Positions 28,920 to 38,942 of a stretch of DNA of 64,000 nucleotides are shown in pieces (the stretch's first letter is position 1; every line of letters starts with the position of its first letter). The notes under the pieces were generated by a model, which was not told where the DNA came from, made no database searches, and saw only the letters and a list, made by a program, of their open reading frames with translations. This DNA is from Smithellaceae bacterium (GTDB lineage Bacteria; Desulfobacterota; Syntrophia; Syntrophales; Smithellaceae): contig CAXXVL010000002.1 in NCBI GenBank assembly GCA_963667845.2, forward strand, positions 1,472,001-1,536,000. The letters are read 5' to 3'. A program made the position numbers and the translations under genes.

Positions 28920-29891
28920 ATGACTGCTGAAGAAAAACATACGTCCATATCGGTGATCGCCGCCAGTTACCTGGGGCCGTCGCTTTCGCCCAATGAGGAT
29001 CTGCCGTGGGACGAGGCGGCGCTGCCGCATCTCTGCGATGATCTGGTGCAGAAGGTTCTGGGGCAGCCGATGCGTCGCGCCGGGCGGTTTATCAAAATGG
29101 TCTGCGCCGGCGCGGTGGCCTGTTTAAGGGAGGTGCCGCCGGCGGCACTGAAGAATAAGCGGACCGGTATTTTCCTGGCGACGGGTCTGGGCAACGGGGA
29201 TGAGATTCTGCCCTTCGTTACGCAGGTATTCAAACACGACGGCGGATTTCCCAGCCCGAATCAGTTTGCCAACTCCGTAAGCAACGCCGCTGCTTTCTTT
29301 CTGGCGCGCACGTCCGATATCAGGGGGATCATTTTGACGGTATCGGACGAGGAGCTTTCTTTCGAGGCGGCGCTGTGGCTGGCGCAAAGCTATCTCGCCT
29401 GCGGAGAAATCGATCTGGCACTGGTCGGAGGTTGCGATGTTTATACGCCGACCGTTGAGGAATATCGTGAGCGGATGAACACATCGCCCGCGAACTCCCG
29501 CGATCTTCCGATCGGTGAAGGCAGTTCATGGCTATTGCTTGGATTGGATCAACCGGAAAGAATCGGCGAGATTCTGACCGTGCAAATGCAATCCGCGGCG
29601 ATATCACCTTCCGAATATTTGAGAAGCGAAAGTTATTCCATCTTGTCAGCCGCTACTGCGGACAGTCCTTGCCGCGTCTGGCTTCCGGGGTTTCGCCTCA
29701 GGAATCCGGACGCCCCGCAGGGTTTTGGTTTGCATGATTATCTGCAGTCTTGCGGTATTCATCCGACCGCCTCCGCCTTCGGTATGGCTCGTGCGATGCG
29801 GACAAATCCGGCCTCTCTTTTGATCCATTATAATCAACTGGCTTCCGGCAAGACCGCCATCATCGTAGCGAAAACTTTACAGCATAATTGA
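28920..29891 (+). CDS. Truncated chain-length-factor-like ketosynthase
   Basis: RRAGRF, ATGLG, SPNQFANSVSNAA, ELSFEAAL (no Cys), GEG; shortened C-terminus. Confidence 0.8.
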   Translation: MTAEEKHTSISVIAASYLGPSLSPNEDLPWDEAALPHLCDDLVQKVLGQPMRRAGRFIKMVCAGAVACLREVPPAALKNKRTGIFLATGLGNGDEILPFVTQVFKHDGGFPSPNQFANSVSNAAAFFLARTSDIRGIILTVSDEELSFEAALWLAQSYLACGEIDLALVGGCDVYTPTVEEYRERMNTSPANSRDLPIGEGSSWLLLGLDQPERIGEILTVQMQSAAISPSEYLRSESYSILSAATADSPCRVWLPGFRLRNPDAPQGFGLHDYLQSCGIHPTASAFGMARAMRTNPASLLIHYNQLASGKTAIIVAKTLQHN

Positions 29892-31384
29892 ATGAAGTGA
29901 CTGAAACGGCCACAACCATGTCCCGACAAAAAAGATGCATTGCCCTGGTTCATCCGCGCGGCTTCAACTGGTTTCCGGGCAAACGCGACATCACTGACAT
30001 TGCCAACCGCATGGTACCGCAGGGGATGCTCTCCATTGCGGCCCAGCTGCAGAGCGATGGTCATGATGTGCAGGTCTTTGACTGTCTGGGACCCGGTGCC
30101 CCGGCGGACATTCACGAACAGGTCCGGCAGATTCTGGCGCTGGACCCGCGGATCGTCGGATTTTCGGCCACCACATCGTCCTTTCCCGATGCGGCCGATA
30201 TGGCGCAAATGATCAAGGAAAGTCGGCCCGGTGTCATTACGGTCTGCGGAGGCGTTCATGCCTCGGCCTTGAAGGAAAAGCTGCTCGATCGTTATCCGGC
30301 ATTCGATTATCTGGCGGTGGGTGAGGGTGAACTGACCCTGAGCGAACTGGCCCGCGGAGACAACCCGGTTGACATTTCGGGGCTGATTCGGCGGGAGATC
30401 GGTGGGACGGCCGTGGCGAATGTTCCCCGGGCCCATATCGCTAATCTCGACGATTTGCCTTTTCCGGCGTACGAAAAGCTGCGCGGATTCCCCCGTGACT
30501 ATCATCTGCCGCTTTTCAGTTACAGACAGACGCCGGGAGCGACGATGATTACGTCGCGCGGCTGTATGTATCAGTGTTCCTACTGTGACCGATCCGTCTT
30601 TCAAAAAGGTTTCCGCTACAACTCGGCAGCTTACATTTACGAACACATGCAATATTTGCATGACCGGTTTGGCGTGCGCCACGTCAATATTTACGATGAT
30701 CTTTTTACCGCCAACCGCAAACGCATTGTGGAACTCTGCGAGAAACTGGCGCGCCGGCCGCTCGGCATGAACTTCAACTGCGCAGTGCGCGTGGGGTATT
30801 CGGACGATGATTTACTGGGCATGCTGAAGCGCGCCGGCTGCTTGATGGTGTCGCTGGGCATCGAGTCGGCGGATCCCGAAATGCTCGCGCGCCACAAGTC
30901 CGGCGTCTCACTCGACGAGGTGCGCGATACCGTTTCGCGCATTCAGGCCGCGGGCCTGCGCGCCAAAGGACTTTTCATGATGGGGCTGCCGGGCGAGACG
31001 GAAGAATCCATCAAACGCACGTCCGACTTTATTATATCGCTGGGCCTCGATGATATGAACATGGCCAAGTTTACGCCGTTTCCGGGCGCGCCGTTGTGGT
31101 CCACCATCCGCGACGAGGGGACTTTCGAGGAAGACTGGCGTCTGATGAACTGTCTCAATTTCGTTTTTATTCCTGAAGGAATTTCATCGCGCGAAAGGCT
31201 GGATATGCTTTACAATGAACACGTCAAACGCTTTTATTCCGATCCCGGCTGGCGCAAACGCTTTCGCAGGCGCCTCTGGCAGCACCGCAAAAGCCTGGCT
31301 TATCTGATCCGCCATCTGCCTTCGTTCTGGTCAGCCAAAAATCAGTTTGAACCCCGGAAGCCCTCCAGGTCTTGCGGCGATTAA
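29888..31384 (+). CDS. Cobalamin-dependent (class B-like) radical SAM protein
   Basis: B12-binding region (VGFS, GGVHA, GEGE) and SRGCMYQCSYC, DDLF, GIES, GLPGET. Confidence 0.9.
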   Translation: MNEVTETATTMSRQKRCIALVHPRGFNWFPGKRDITDIANRMVPQGMLSIAAQLQSDGHDVQVFDCLGPGAPADIHEQVRQILALDPRIVGFSATTSSFPDAADMAQMIKESRPGVITVCGGVHASALKEKLLDRYPAFDYLAVGEGELTLSELARGDNPVDISGLIRREIGGTAVANVPRAHIANLDDLPFPAYEKLRGFPRDYHLPLFSYRQTPGATMITSRGCMYQCSYCDRSVFQKGFRYNSAAYIYEHMQYLHDRFGVRHVNIYDDLFTANRKRIVELCEKLARRPLGMNFNCAVRVGYSDDDLLGMLKRAGCLMVSLGIESADPEMLARHKSGVSLDEVRDTVSRIQAAGLRAKGLFMMGLPGETEESIKRTSDFIISLGLDDMNMAKFTPFPGAPLWSTIRDEGTFEEDWRLMNCLNFVFIPEGISSRERLDMLYNEHVKRFYSDPGWRKRFRRRLWQHRKSLAYLIRHLPSFWSAKNQFEPRKPSRSCGD

Positions 31385-31472
31385 CGAACGTATTGCCGGA
31401 GTTTACCGGTGCGACCGGTACCGCGAGCCTTATGTTCAAGTCCAGGTCCTTCCGGCGCCCTCAAATCTTCTT

Positions 31473-31730
31473 TCAGAAATTCAGAGTCATCAAAAGCGGG
31501 GAGGGATCGTCTCTATCGAGAATGATCTCATCATCCATACGGGCATAAAGATCTTTGCCGGTTCTCTCTTTGATCATCTTAATGGATTTATCCATGTGTT
31601 GCACAAATTCCTCCACCGGCATCATTTCTCCATAGGTTCTGGTAAAGGAGTAAATGCAGGGTGCCGGGCTGAGATAGGAAGACGGGCTGCAGGCAGGTTC
31701 AGAGGCAGACGCTTGCGTCGCGGCCGGCAA
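31473..31730 (-). CDS. Hypothetical protein, possibly the 3' part of a frameshifted gene starting near 31888
   Basis: Frame open from ~31873 to 31473 with a protein-like C-terminus; no good start. Confidence 0.35.
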   Translation of the reverse strand: MPAATQASASEPACSPSSYLSPAPCIYSFTRTYGEMMPVEEFVQHMDKSIKMIKERTGKDLYARMDDEIILDRDDPSPLLMTLNF

Positions 31731-31891
31731 TTCCAGATGCGGATTCTTCTTTGCCGTCGTCTGCGACCGTTCGGGGGCCTTTGACTGTCCGGCAGCGTGA
31801 TTCGTAAAAATATCATCAGGCTCAGAAACTGTTGATTTGAAGCGGGAAGATTCAAAGCGCCGGTGAAATTTTTATTTTACGATTCACGGAT

Positions 31892-33031
31892 CTATTGCTT
31901 CGGAAAATCCGGCATAATGTTCAGGTAACGGTCACTGGTAAGGACCGGGGTCAGTTTATGTTTCACGGGCAATACCCTCGCGCCTTTACTTTGACGGCTG
32001 CCGACCGCTCTGATCCACAAGATATTGTTTTCCAGGCCGACCTCTGTTTTTCCGGAGGCCTTGAGGCGCTGTATCTCGGTTTGGATAAGATCCAGGTACT
32101 GGATGACCAGTCCTTCGTATGATGAACGGATGGCTCCGTAGGCTTCAACGAATGGCCGGCATGATTTTAACACCTCATAATCGGCAGCACGATTTCTTTT
32201 CATATACAGGAGATACTCCCGGATAAAAAAGTCGAATTCAAAGAAAGCATCCATTGTACTTTGTGAATGCCGAACCCATCCCAGAAACCCGTCGGCATCC
32301 GATTCTTCCGCAAATTTGTATGCTTCGAGCATATCCAGGTAAAACTTTGATTGAAAATAATGGGAATGAAATTCCTCCAAAAGTCCGATCACACCAAAGC
32401 GTTTTATGATGGTGCTTTCTTTGAGATAAGCATTGAAGAGAGGCGTTCTGAGGTTGTCCGGAATTTCTGCCGCCAGCTCTCCTGCCGGAAATAAGGATCC
32501 TATTGGAAAAGAGACATAAAAGGATCTGGAGGAAGAAAGGTAAAAGAATGCTTCAGCCCTGTCCCAGTCCATCAGTAAATTATTCTCCCGTGTGTGGCTG
32601 AAAACTTGGAACCGCTGTAGGGCCAAGGCGACGCACGCGATATTCATTGCCATACGGTCAATCCATTCGGACCTGCTGGTACCTCCTTTCAGATTGTCGA
32701 AAGTCGCCGCCGGCTTCTTCATCGTGACAGTCCACCCGCCTTTTCTGGCACTTTCCAGTTCCGGAGGCAGACTCTCATAGCGCATTAATAAATCCCAGGA
32801 GACAGGTGAATAGCGCTTTGTCGCCTCCTTGACCCATTCGGGGTTGCCGGCCGTTGTATCGGTGGCGGCAACCGCCAGGATCGGGCAAATGACGCCGATG
32901 ATGACCCCAACAATTAAATGCGGCAGTTTGTGGTCCGTATCTCTCGGTGAATATTTAGAGGATGGATGAAAGGAATCAGCCTCAAGCGGGGCACGCATAG
33001 AAAAAATTGTCCTGTTGGCAATAATTCCCAT
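31892..33031 (-). CDS. Hypothetical exported or membrane-anchored protein
   Basis: 379-aa ORF, hydrophobic segment LIVGVIIGVICPILAVAA, GGAG RBS; no motif recognised. Confidence 0.7.
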   Translation of the reverse strand: MGIIANRTIFSMRAPLEADSFHPSSKYSPRDTDHKLPHLIVGVIIGVICPILAVAATDTTAGNPEWVKEATKRYSPVSWDLLMRYESLPPELESARKGGWTVTMKKPAATFDNLKGGTSRSEWIDRMAMNIACVALALQRFQVFSHTRENNLLMDWDRAEAFFYLSSSRSFYVSFPIGSLFPAGELAAEIPDNLRTPLFNAYLKESTIIKRFGVIGLLEEFHSHYFQSKFYLDMLEAYKFAEESDADGFLGWVRHSQSTMDAFFEFDFFIREYLLYMKRNRAADYEVLKSCRPFVEAYGAIRSSYEGLVIQYLDLIQTEIQRLKASGKTEVGLENNILWIRAVGSRQSKGARVLPVKHKLTPVLTSDRYLNIMPDFPKQ

Positions 33032-33233
33032 GAAGATTTCTCCTGCCGAACTTCACACTGCCGTGTGAGCAGCTAAAGGAAATGGCGATTCCGTATTTTA
33101 TTTATCGGCATTCCATGATTAAAAATAAAGGCGAGAATCCCGCAAAATGCCATGAAAGGTTTGAACGCCGGTTTGCTCAGGCAGACTAAGACGAAGCAGT
33201 CGGCCGTTTCCGCCCACGGATTTCCTATCCCTT

Positions 33234-34310
33234 CTATCCCTGCTTGTTGAGCAGTTCGGCCTGGTGGTGAGAAGTGAGCGCGTCGATCATGGCGCCGATA
33301 TTGCCGTTGATAAAACTGTCAAGATCATAGCGGGTCAGGTTGATGCGGTGATCGGTAATCCGTCCCTGGGGGAAGTTATACGTGCGGATGCGTTCGGAGC
33401 GGTCGCCCGTGCCCACCTGACTTTTGCGCACCTGCGCCTGTTCGGCGTTTTGTTTTTGCACCATGGCGTCAAGCAGTCTGGCCCGCAGCACTTTCATCGC
33501 CTTGGCCTTGTTTTTTAACTGCGATTTTTCATCCTGACAGGTCACGACCAGCCCCGTCGGCAGATGCGTGATGCGAACGGCGGAATCGGTGGTATTGACG
33601 CTCTGGCCGCCGTGTCCCGTTGAACGGTAGACATCAACGCGCAATTCATTGGGATCGATCGTTAATTCCACGTCTTCTACTTCCGGCATGATGGCGACGG
33701 TGACGGCGGATGTATGGATTCTGCCCTGCGCCTCGGTGACGGGAACGCGTTGAACACGGTGCACGCCGCTTTCATATTTCAGACGGCTGTAAGCGCCTTT
33801 GCCCTCGATCTGGGCGATGATTTCCTTGAAGCCGCCCATGCCGCCCGCCGGTGAAGAACTGACGATTTCGACCCGCCAGCCCTGCGATTCGGCGTAGCGC
33901 GCGTACATGCGGAACAAATCTCCGACAAAGAGACCGGCTTCGTCGCCGCCGGTGCCCGCGCGGATTTCCAAAAAGACGTTCTTATCATCATTGAGGTCTT
34001 TGGGAAGAAGCAGAATTTTGATTTTTTCTTCCAGTTCAGCCTGTTCCTGCTCCAGCTGAGACATCTCTTCCTTAACCATGGCCCGCAAGTCTTCATCGTT
34101 TTCGAAGAGCAATTCTTTGTTGTCGGCGATGCGCTTCATGTTCTTTTCATACCGGCGGATGGTATCGACCAGGTCACTTAAGTCGGAGTGCTCTTTGGCG
34201 TATTTCTGATACAGCCCCTGCCTGGAAGCCACCTGGGCGTCGGAAAGCAGCCCTTCGAGTTCCTGGTAACGGAGTTCGATATCGCGTAGTTTGTTGAGTA
34301 TATTATCCAT
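33234..34310 (-). CDS. prfA: Peptide chain release factor 1
   Basis: GGQ motif, PVT specificity tripeptide, [11 protein letters not shown]. Confidence 0.97.
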   Translation of the reverse strand: MDNILNKLRDIELRYQELEGLLSDAQVASRQGLYQKYAKEHSDLSDLVDTIRRYEKNMKRIADNKELLFENDEDLRAMVKEEMSQLEQEQAELEEKIKILLLPKDLNDDKNVFLEIRAGTGGDEAGLFVGDLFRMYARYAESQGWRVEIVSSSPAGGMGGFKEIIAQIEGKGAYSRLKYESGVHRVQRVPVTEAQGRIHTSAVTVAIMPEVEDVELTIDPNELRVDVYRSTGHGGQSVNTTDSAVRITHLPTGLVVTCQDEKSQLKNKAKAMKVLRARLLDAMVQKQNAEQAQVRKSQVGTGDRSERIRTYNFPQGRITDHRINLTRYDLDSFINGNIGAMIDALTSHHQAELLNKQG

Positions 34311-34475
34311 AGCCTAATCTGCCGGTATATTTTCAGGGAATGTTGGTTGTGGAGGATAAAGATGCACTTATAGCGCTCCTCTTTCTGGGAGGACGCAGCT
34401 ATAAATGCCGGGAATTCTGTAACCTGCTGTTGATCATGAGGACAAAGTCCAAAAAGGCATGCCTGCGGGTATGCG

Positions 34476-34724
34476 TTAACTTTTCGCTTTTTTTGTCGTT
34501 TTCTTCGTTGCCGGGGCGGTTTCGGCTTTGGGTGCGTATTTCCGCTTGAATTTTTCCACGCGTCCCGCCGTATCCATGAGCTTTTGCTTGCCGGTCATAA
34601 ACGGATGACAGTTGGAGCAAATTTCGATTTTGATGTCTTTCTTAGTGGACCGTGTTTCAATGACATTACCGCATACGCAAGTAATTGTTGTTTCTTTATA
34701 ATCCGGGTGAATGCCTACTTTCAT
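34476..34724 (-). CDS. rpmE: 50S ribosomal protein L31 (Zn-binding type)
   Basis: [26 protein letters not shown]. Confidence 0.96.
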   Translation of the reverse strand: MKVGIHPDYKETTITCVCGNVIETRSTKKDIKIEICSNCHPFMTGKQKLMDTAGRVEKFKRKYAPKAETAPATKKTTKKAKS

Positions 34725-34863
34725 TTTTCCTTCTACCTCCTGACTCTTTATCGGTTGTCGTTAGATAAAGGTCTCTATAATTTTAAGCAGATGTGCTGCC
34801 TATACCATAAGCTCTAAAAATTCAAGCGAATTGTTGACGGGTCGGGTGAGCGCTTTGCCGTCT

Positions 34864-36111
34864 CTATGAATTCATGGAATCGAGAAATTCCTTGTTGGTT
34901 TCCGTTTTCCTGATCTTCCCGATGATGAATTCCATTGCATCGACCGGGTTCATTTCCTGCAGCAGACGCCTCAAAATCCAGACGCGGTTGAGATTGGCTT
35001 TAGGGATCAGCAGCTCTTCCTTGCGCGTGCCTGAGCGGATCAGATCGAAGGCAGGGAAGATGCGGCGGTCGGCAATGCGGCGGTCCAGATGCAGTTCCAT
35101 GTTGCCGGTGCCTTTGAATTCTTCAAAAATGACTTCATCCATGCGGCTTCCGGTATCGATCAAAGCGGTGGAGATAATGGTTAAGCTGCCGCCGTTTTCT
35201 ATGTTACGGGCCGCGCCGAAAAATCGTTTGGGTTTATGGAGGGCATTGGAATCAACGCCGCCGGAAAGCACCTTGCCGGAAGGCGGCACCACGGTGTTAT
35301 AGGCGCGCGCCAGACGGGTGATCGAATCGAGCAGAATGACGACGTCCTTTTTATGTTCGACCAGACGCTTCGCCTTTTCGATGACCATTTCGGCAACCTG
35401 GACATGTCGCGATGCCGGCTCGTCAAACGTGGACGAGATAACCTCGCCTTTGACGCTGCGCTGCATGTCGGTCACTTCTTCCGGTCTTTCGTCAATCAAA
35501 AGCACCATCAAAACGACTTCCTTATGATTGGCCGTGATGCTGTGCGCGATATCCTGCAACAACACGGTTTTGCCGGCGCGCGGCGGAGAAACGATCAGGC
35601 CGCGCTGTCCCTTGCCGATTGGCACGAATAAATCCAGCGTTCGGGTCGAGAAATTTTCCGGATCAAATTCCAGATTCAGTTTTTCCTGAGGATAAAGAGG
35701 CGTCAGATTGTCGAAAAGGATTTTGTCACGGGCTGATTCGGGACTTTCAAAGTTTACGGTATCGACTTTCAGCAAGGCAAAGTATTTTTCACCTTCTTTA
35801 GGGGGGCGAACCTCGCCGGCAATAGTGTCGCCGGTTCTTAAATTAAAGCGGCGGATCTGCGACGGTGAGATGTAAATATCATCAGGGCTGGGCAGGTAGT
35901 TGTAGTCAACGGCGCGCAGGAAGCCAAAACCGTCCGGCAGGATTTCCAGAACCCCCGAGCCGGAAATGACGCCATTTTGTTCGGCCTGCGTCTGCAGAAT
36001 GGCAAAAATCAGATCCTGACGGCGCATGCCGCTGGCTCCCGGGACATCCAGTTCCTTGGCCAGATTGTTGAGCTCGCTGATGGGCAGCCGCTTAATGTCT
36101 TCGATGTTCAT
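34864..36111 (-). CDS. rho: Transcription termination factor Rho
   Basis: [31 protein letters not shown]. Confidence 0.98.
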   Translation of the reverse strand: MNIEDIKRLPISELNNLAKELDVPGASGMRRQDLIFAILQTQAEQNGVISGSGVLEILPDGFGFLRAVDYNYLPSPDDIYISPSQIRRFNLRTGDTIAGEVRPPKEGEKYFALLKVDTVNFESPESARDKILFDNLTPLYPQEKLNLEFDPENFSTRTLDLFVPIGKGQRGLIVSPPRAGKTVLLQDIAHSITANHKEVVLMVLLIDERPEEVTDMQRSVKGEVISSTFDEPASRHVQVAEMVIEKAKRLVEHKKDVVILLDSITRLARAYNTVVPPSGKVLSGGVDSNALHKPKRFFGAARNIENGGSLTIISTALIDTGSRMDEVIFEEFKGTGNMELHLDRRIADRRIFPAFDLIRSGTRKEELLIPKANLNRVWILRRLLQEMNPVDAMEFIIGKIRKTETNKEFLDSMNS

Positions 36112-36315
36112 AAATATTTCCTTATCTTGGATTAGTTACAGGCTCGATATTGAATTGAAACGATTTGTATTTACTGCATTAATTTTCAAGAAACGCACGA
36201 GGAGATTCACGATTTTTTAAAGCAGTTACGGATTTAATATCGGCTTGTTTTTTTGAATACTTGAATCGCTCCAAAGGGCAGGGCTAAAAAAGTCACCCCT
36301 CACGAATTAGGAAAT

Positions 36316-36344
36316 AGGCTATATGAATCACGATCAACTGTCAA
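36316..36344 (-). promoter_or_regulatory. Candidate rho promoter (~200-nt leader)
   Basis: TTGACA-17 nt-TAGCCT on the minus strand. Confidence 0.4.
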
Positions 36345-36473
36345 GATATTTTCTTGGCTGCTAAAAGATTAAATGATGTGAACCACATCATCCATAAATT
36401 TTCTCTTGATTCCTGAGCTGCACTAAACTAAATGAAATGTATAAATATTTTATAGATAAGAGGTTTATAGTTT

Positions 36474-37952
36474 ATGAGCGATGTTAACCCTGATAAGGAA
36501 TCGGATACTTTGTCAGACGACAACCTTCCGGAAATCCGCATGGAAGACCTGAGAGACGACCTGAAGGCGGCTTGCGTTCGTGCGGGCTGGACATCTTTGG
36601 TGCCGGTGCAGGCTAAAGCCATTCCCTATCTGCTGGCCGGCCGCGACGTCATGATTCAGTCTCGTACCGGCAGCGGCAAGACAGGCGCCTATCTGCTGCC
36701 CATTATGCAGAAAATCGATGTGCAAAAAAATGTGGCGCAGGCGCTGGTTTTAGTCCCGACCCGTGAACTTGCCCTGCAGGTATCCCGGGAAGCGGAGATG
36801 TTGACGGAGGGGACAGCGTTGCGGACAGCAGTTGTTTACGGCGGCGTCGGATACAACGCCCAGTTGGAGGCTTTCCGCGGCGGCGCTCAGCTGGTCGTCG
36901 GCACGCCGGGACGGATCCTGGATCATCTGCTTAAAAATACGCTTTCGCTGGATTATCTCACGATGCTGATTTTTGATGAGGCCGACCGGATGCTGTCTAT
37001 GGGATTTTATCCGGATATGGTCAAGATCCGTAAATATATTCCGACAAGCAGGATTGCGAGCAGCATGTTTTCCGCCACATTCCCGCCGCAGGTTATCCGG
37101 CTGGCCGGTCAATTCCTGCATGCCCCCGAACTGCTGAGCTTAAGCGGCAACGAGGTGCACATCGCCGAAAGCGAGCATATTTACTATGTCGTGCCGGGCA
37201 TGCGCAAGGAACGTTCTCTGGTCAGGATCATCGAAATTGAAAATCCCGCCTCGGCTATCATTTTCTGCAATACGAAAGATACCGTGCATTATCTGTCGGT
37301 CGTTCTGAAACGGTTCGGCTATGACGCCGATGAACTGAGTTCGGATTTGGCGCAGAACGCAAGGGAAAAAGTGATGGCCCGGGTGCGGCGCGGCGCGCTG
37401 AGATTTCTGGTGGCCACCGATGTGGCGGCGCGCGGCATCGACATTCCGGATCTTTCGCATGTTATCCAGTATGAACCGCCGGAGGATCCCGAAGCCTACA
37501 TTCACCGCGCCGGTCGTACCGGGAGGATGGGGTCGAGCGGCGTTGTCATTTCCGTCGTCGCGGAAATGGAAAAATTCAAACTGCACAGTATCGCGCGCTA
37601 TTACAATATCCACATGGAAGAACGTCCGCTGCCGGACGACGAAGAGCTGGAGCGCGTGGTTACCGAGCGCATCACCGCGCTTCTGGAGGCCAGGCTCCGC
37701 GGCCGTGATAATATCCAGATTGAACGCATGCAGCGTTTTATGCCGCTGGCCCGCAATCTGGCGCAGTCCGAAGAAGAACTGTCGATTATTACCATGCTGC
37801 TCGACGATTACTATCAGCAATCCCTGCATGCTCCGCCGGAGCAACCCGCTGCCGATGTTCGAGTCGAGAAAAGTGAACCTAAACCGCAGCCGCAACCCAA
37901 ACGCCCCGATACGAGGCCGCGCTCAAGAAGCAGAAAGCCAAGGACTTCATAG
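36474..37952 (+). CDS. DEAD-box RNA helicase
   Basis: TGSGKT, PTREL, DEAD, SAT, ARGID, HRAGRTGR. Confidence 0.95.
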   Translation: MSDVNPDKESDTLSDDNLPEIRMEDLRDDLKAACVRAGWTSLVPVQAKAIPYLLAGRDVMIQSRTGSGKTGAYLLPIMQKIDVQKNVAQALVLVPTRELALQVSREAEMLTEGTALRTAVVYGGVGYNAQLEAFRGGAQLVVGTPGRILDHLLKNTLSLDYLTMLIFDEADRMLSMGFYPDMVKIRKYIPTSRIASSMFSATFPPQVIRLAGQFLHAPELLSLSGNEVHIAESEHIYYVVPGMRKERSLVRIIEIENPASAIIFCNTKDTVHYLSVVLKRFGYDADELSSDLAQNAREKVMARVRRGALRFLVATDVAARGIDIPDLSHVIQYEPPEDPEAYIHRAGRTGRMGSSGVVISVVAEMEKFKLHSIARYYNIHMEERPLPDDEELERVVTERITALLEARLRGRDNIQIERMQRFMPLARNLAQSEEELSIITMLLDDYYQQSLHAPPEQPAADVRVEKSEPKPQPQPKRPDTRPRSRSRKPRTS

Positions 37953-37954
37953 CC

Positions 37955-38854
37955 ATGCGGTTTACATTTCATCGGTCATTGCGATTCCGGTCCCTGGTCA
38001 TTGCGGGTTGTTTATTCCTGCTTGTTGCCTGCGCAACGACACCCGTCGTTGTGCCTCCCGCAAAACCGGCAAAAATTGCAGTCGTGCTGGGCGCGGGCGC
38101 ATCAAAGGGGTTTGCACACATCGGTGTGTTAAAGGTGCTGGAATCCCATCGCATTCCCATTCACATGGTGGTCGGCACGAGCGTCGGTTCCTTTGTGGGC
38201 AGTCTTTATGCCTATGGTTGCAATCCCTATGAATTGCAGACCATCGCCTTCGGCATTCAAAAAGATGATATCGCCGATTACATCATTCCGGACAACGGTT
38301 TCATTAAAGGGGAGAAGCTGGAGAACTTTATCAATCAGAAAGTGAAATATACGACGATCGATAAGCTCAAGATCCCCTTTTACGCTGTTGCGACCAATAT
38401 TCAAACCGGTGAAGAGGCGGTCTTCGGCCGGGGAAATACGGGCCGCGCCGTGCGGGCCAGCTGCTCGATTCCGGGTATCTTTAATCCGGTCATGATCGGC
38501 GGAAAGGCTCACGTGGACGGCGGTGTGGTCAGCCCCGTGGCCATCGATGTGGCGCGCAGGTACGGCGCCGATGTCATCATTGCCGTTGATATATCGGGCA
38601 GTTTAACATCTTCCGCGCCTACCGGGACCTTCGAATCCATCATGCAGGCGGTCGATATCATGTACGGCAAAATGGCGGCGGCGCAACTGAAGAATGCCGA
38701 CATCATCATCAAACCAAAGGTGGGATACATCGGTTCCAGCGATTTCAGCAAAAGACATGAAGCGATCATGGAAGGCGAAAAAGCGGCGGCCGAAGCGATG
38801 CCGGCGATCGAGCAGATCATTTCCAAGCTGCGCCAGGAAGGCCGGCTGAGATAG
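37955..38854 (+). CDS. Patatin-like phospholipase, probable lipoprotein
   Basis: LVAC lipobox, GAGASKG, GTSVG, DGG. Confidence 0.9.
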   Translation: MRFTFHRSLRFRSLVIAGCLFLLVACATTPVVVPPAKPAKIAVVLGAGASKGFAHIGVLKVLESHRIPIHMVVGTSVGSFVGSLYAYGCNPYELQTIAFGIQKDDIADYIIPDNGFIKGEKLENFINQKVKYTTIDKLKIPFYAVATNIQTGEEAVFGRGNTGRAVRASCSIPGIFNPVMIGGKAHVDGGVVSPVAIDVARRYGADVIIAVDISGSLTSSAPTGTFESIMQAVDIMYGKMAAAQLKNADIIIKPKVGYIGSSDFSKRHEAIMEGEKAAAEAMPAIEQIISKLRQEGRLR

Positions 38855-38942
38855 AAATGTAAAAGTTCAATCACCGCCTGTTTCCCTTTACCCGCCGGAG
38901 TCGGATAGCAGCATCGGCCTTCCTGTTCGCGAGGAGAAAAGT

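Noticed and set aside
3556..31384. Calling the cluster a ladderane or canonical aryl-polyene pathway
   Set aside because: Shared gene families only; KR, DH and LolA-like genes are absent and the product cannot be assigned from sequence
33102..33130. Sigma28-like GCCGATAA on the minus strand (similar GCCGATAG near 22345)
   Set aside because: No properly spaced TAAA -35 element
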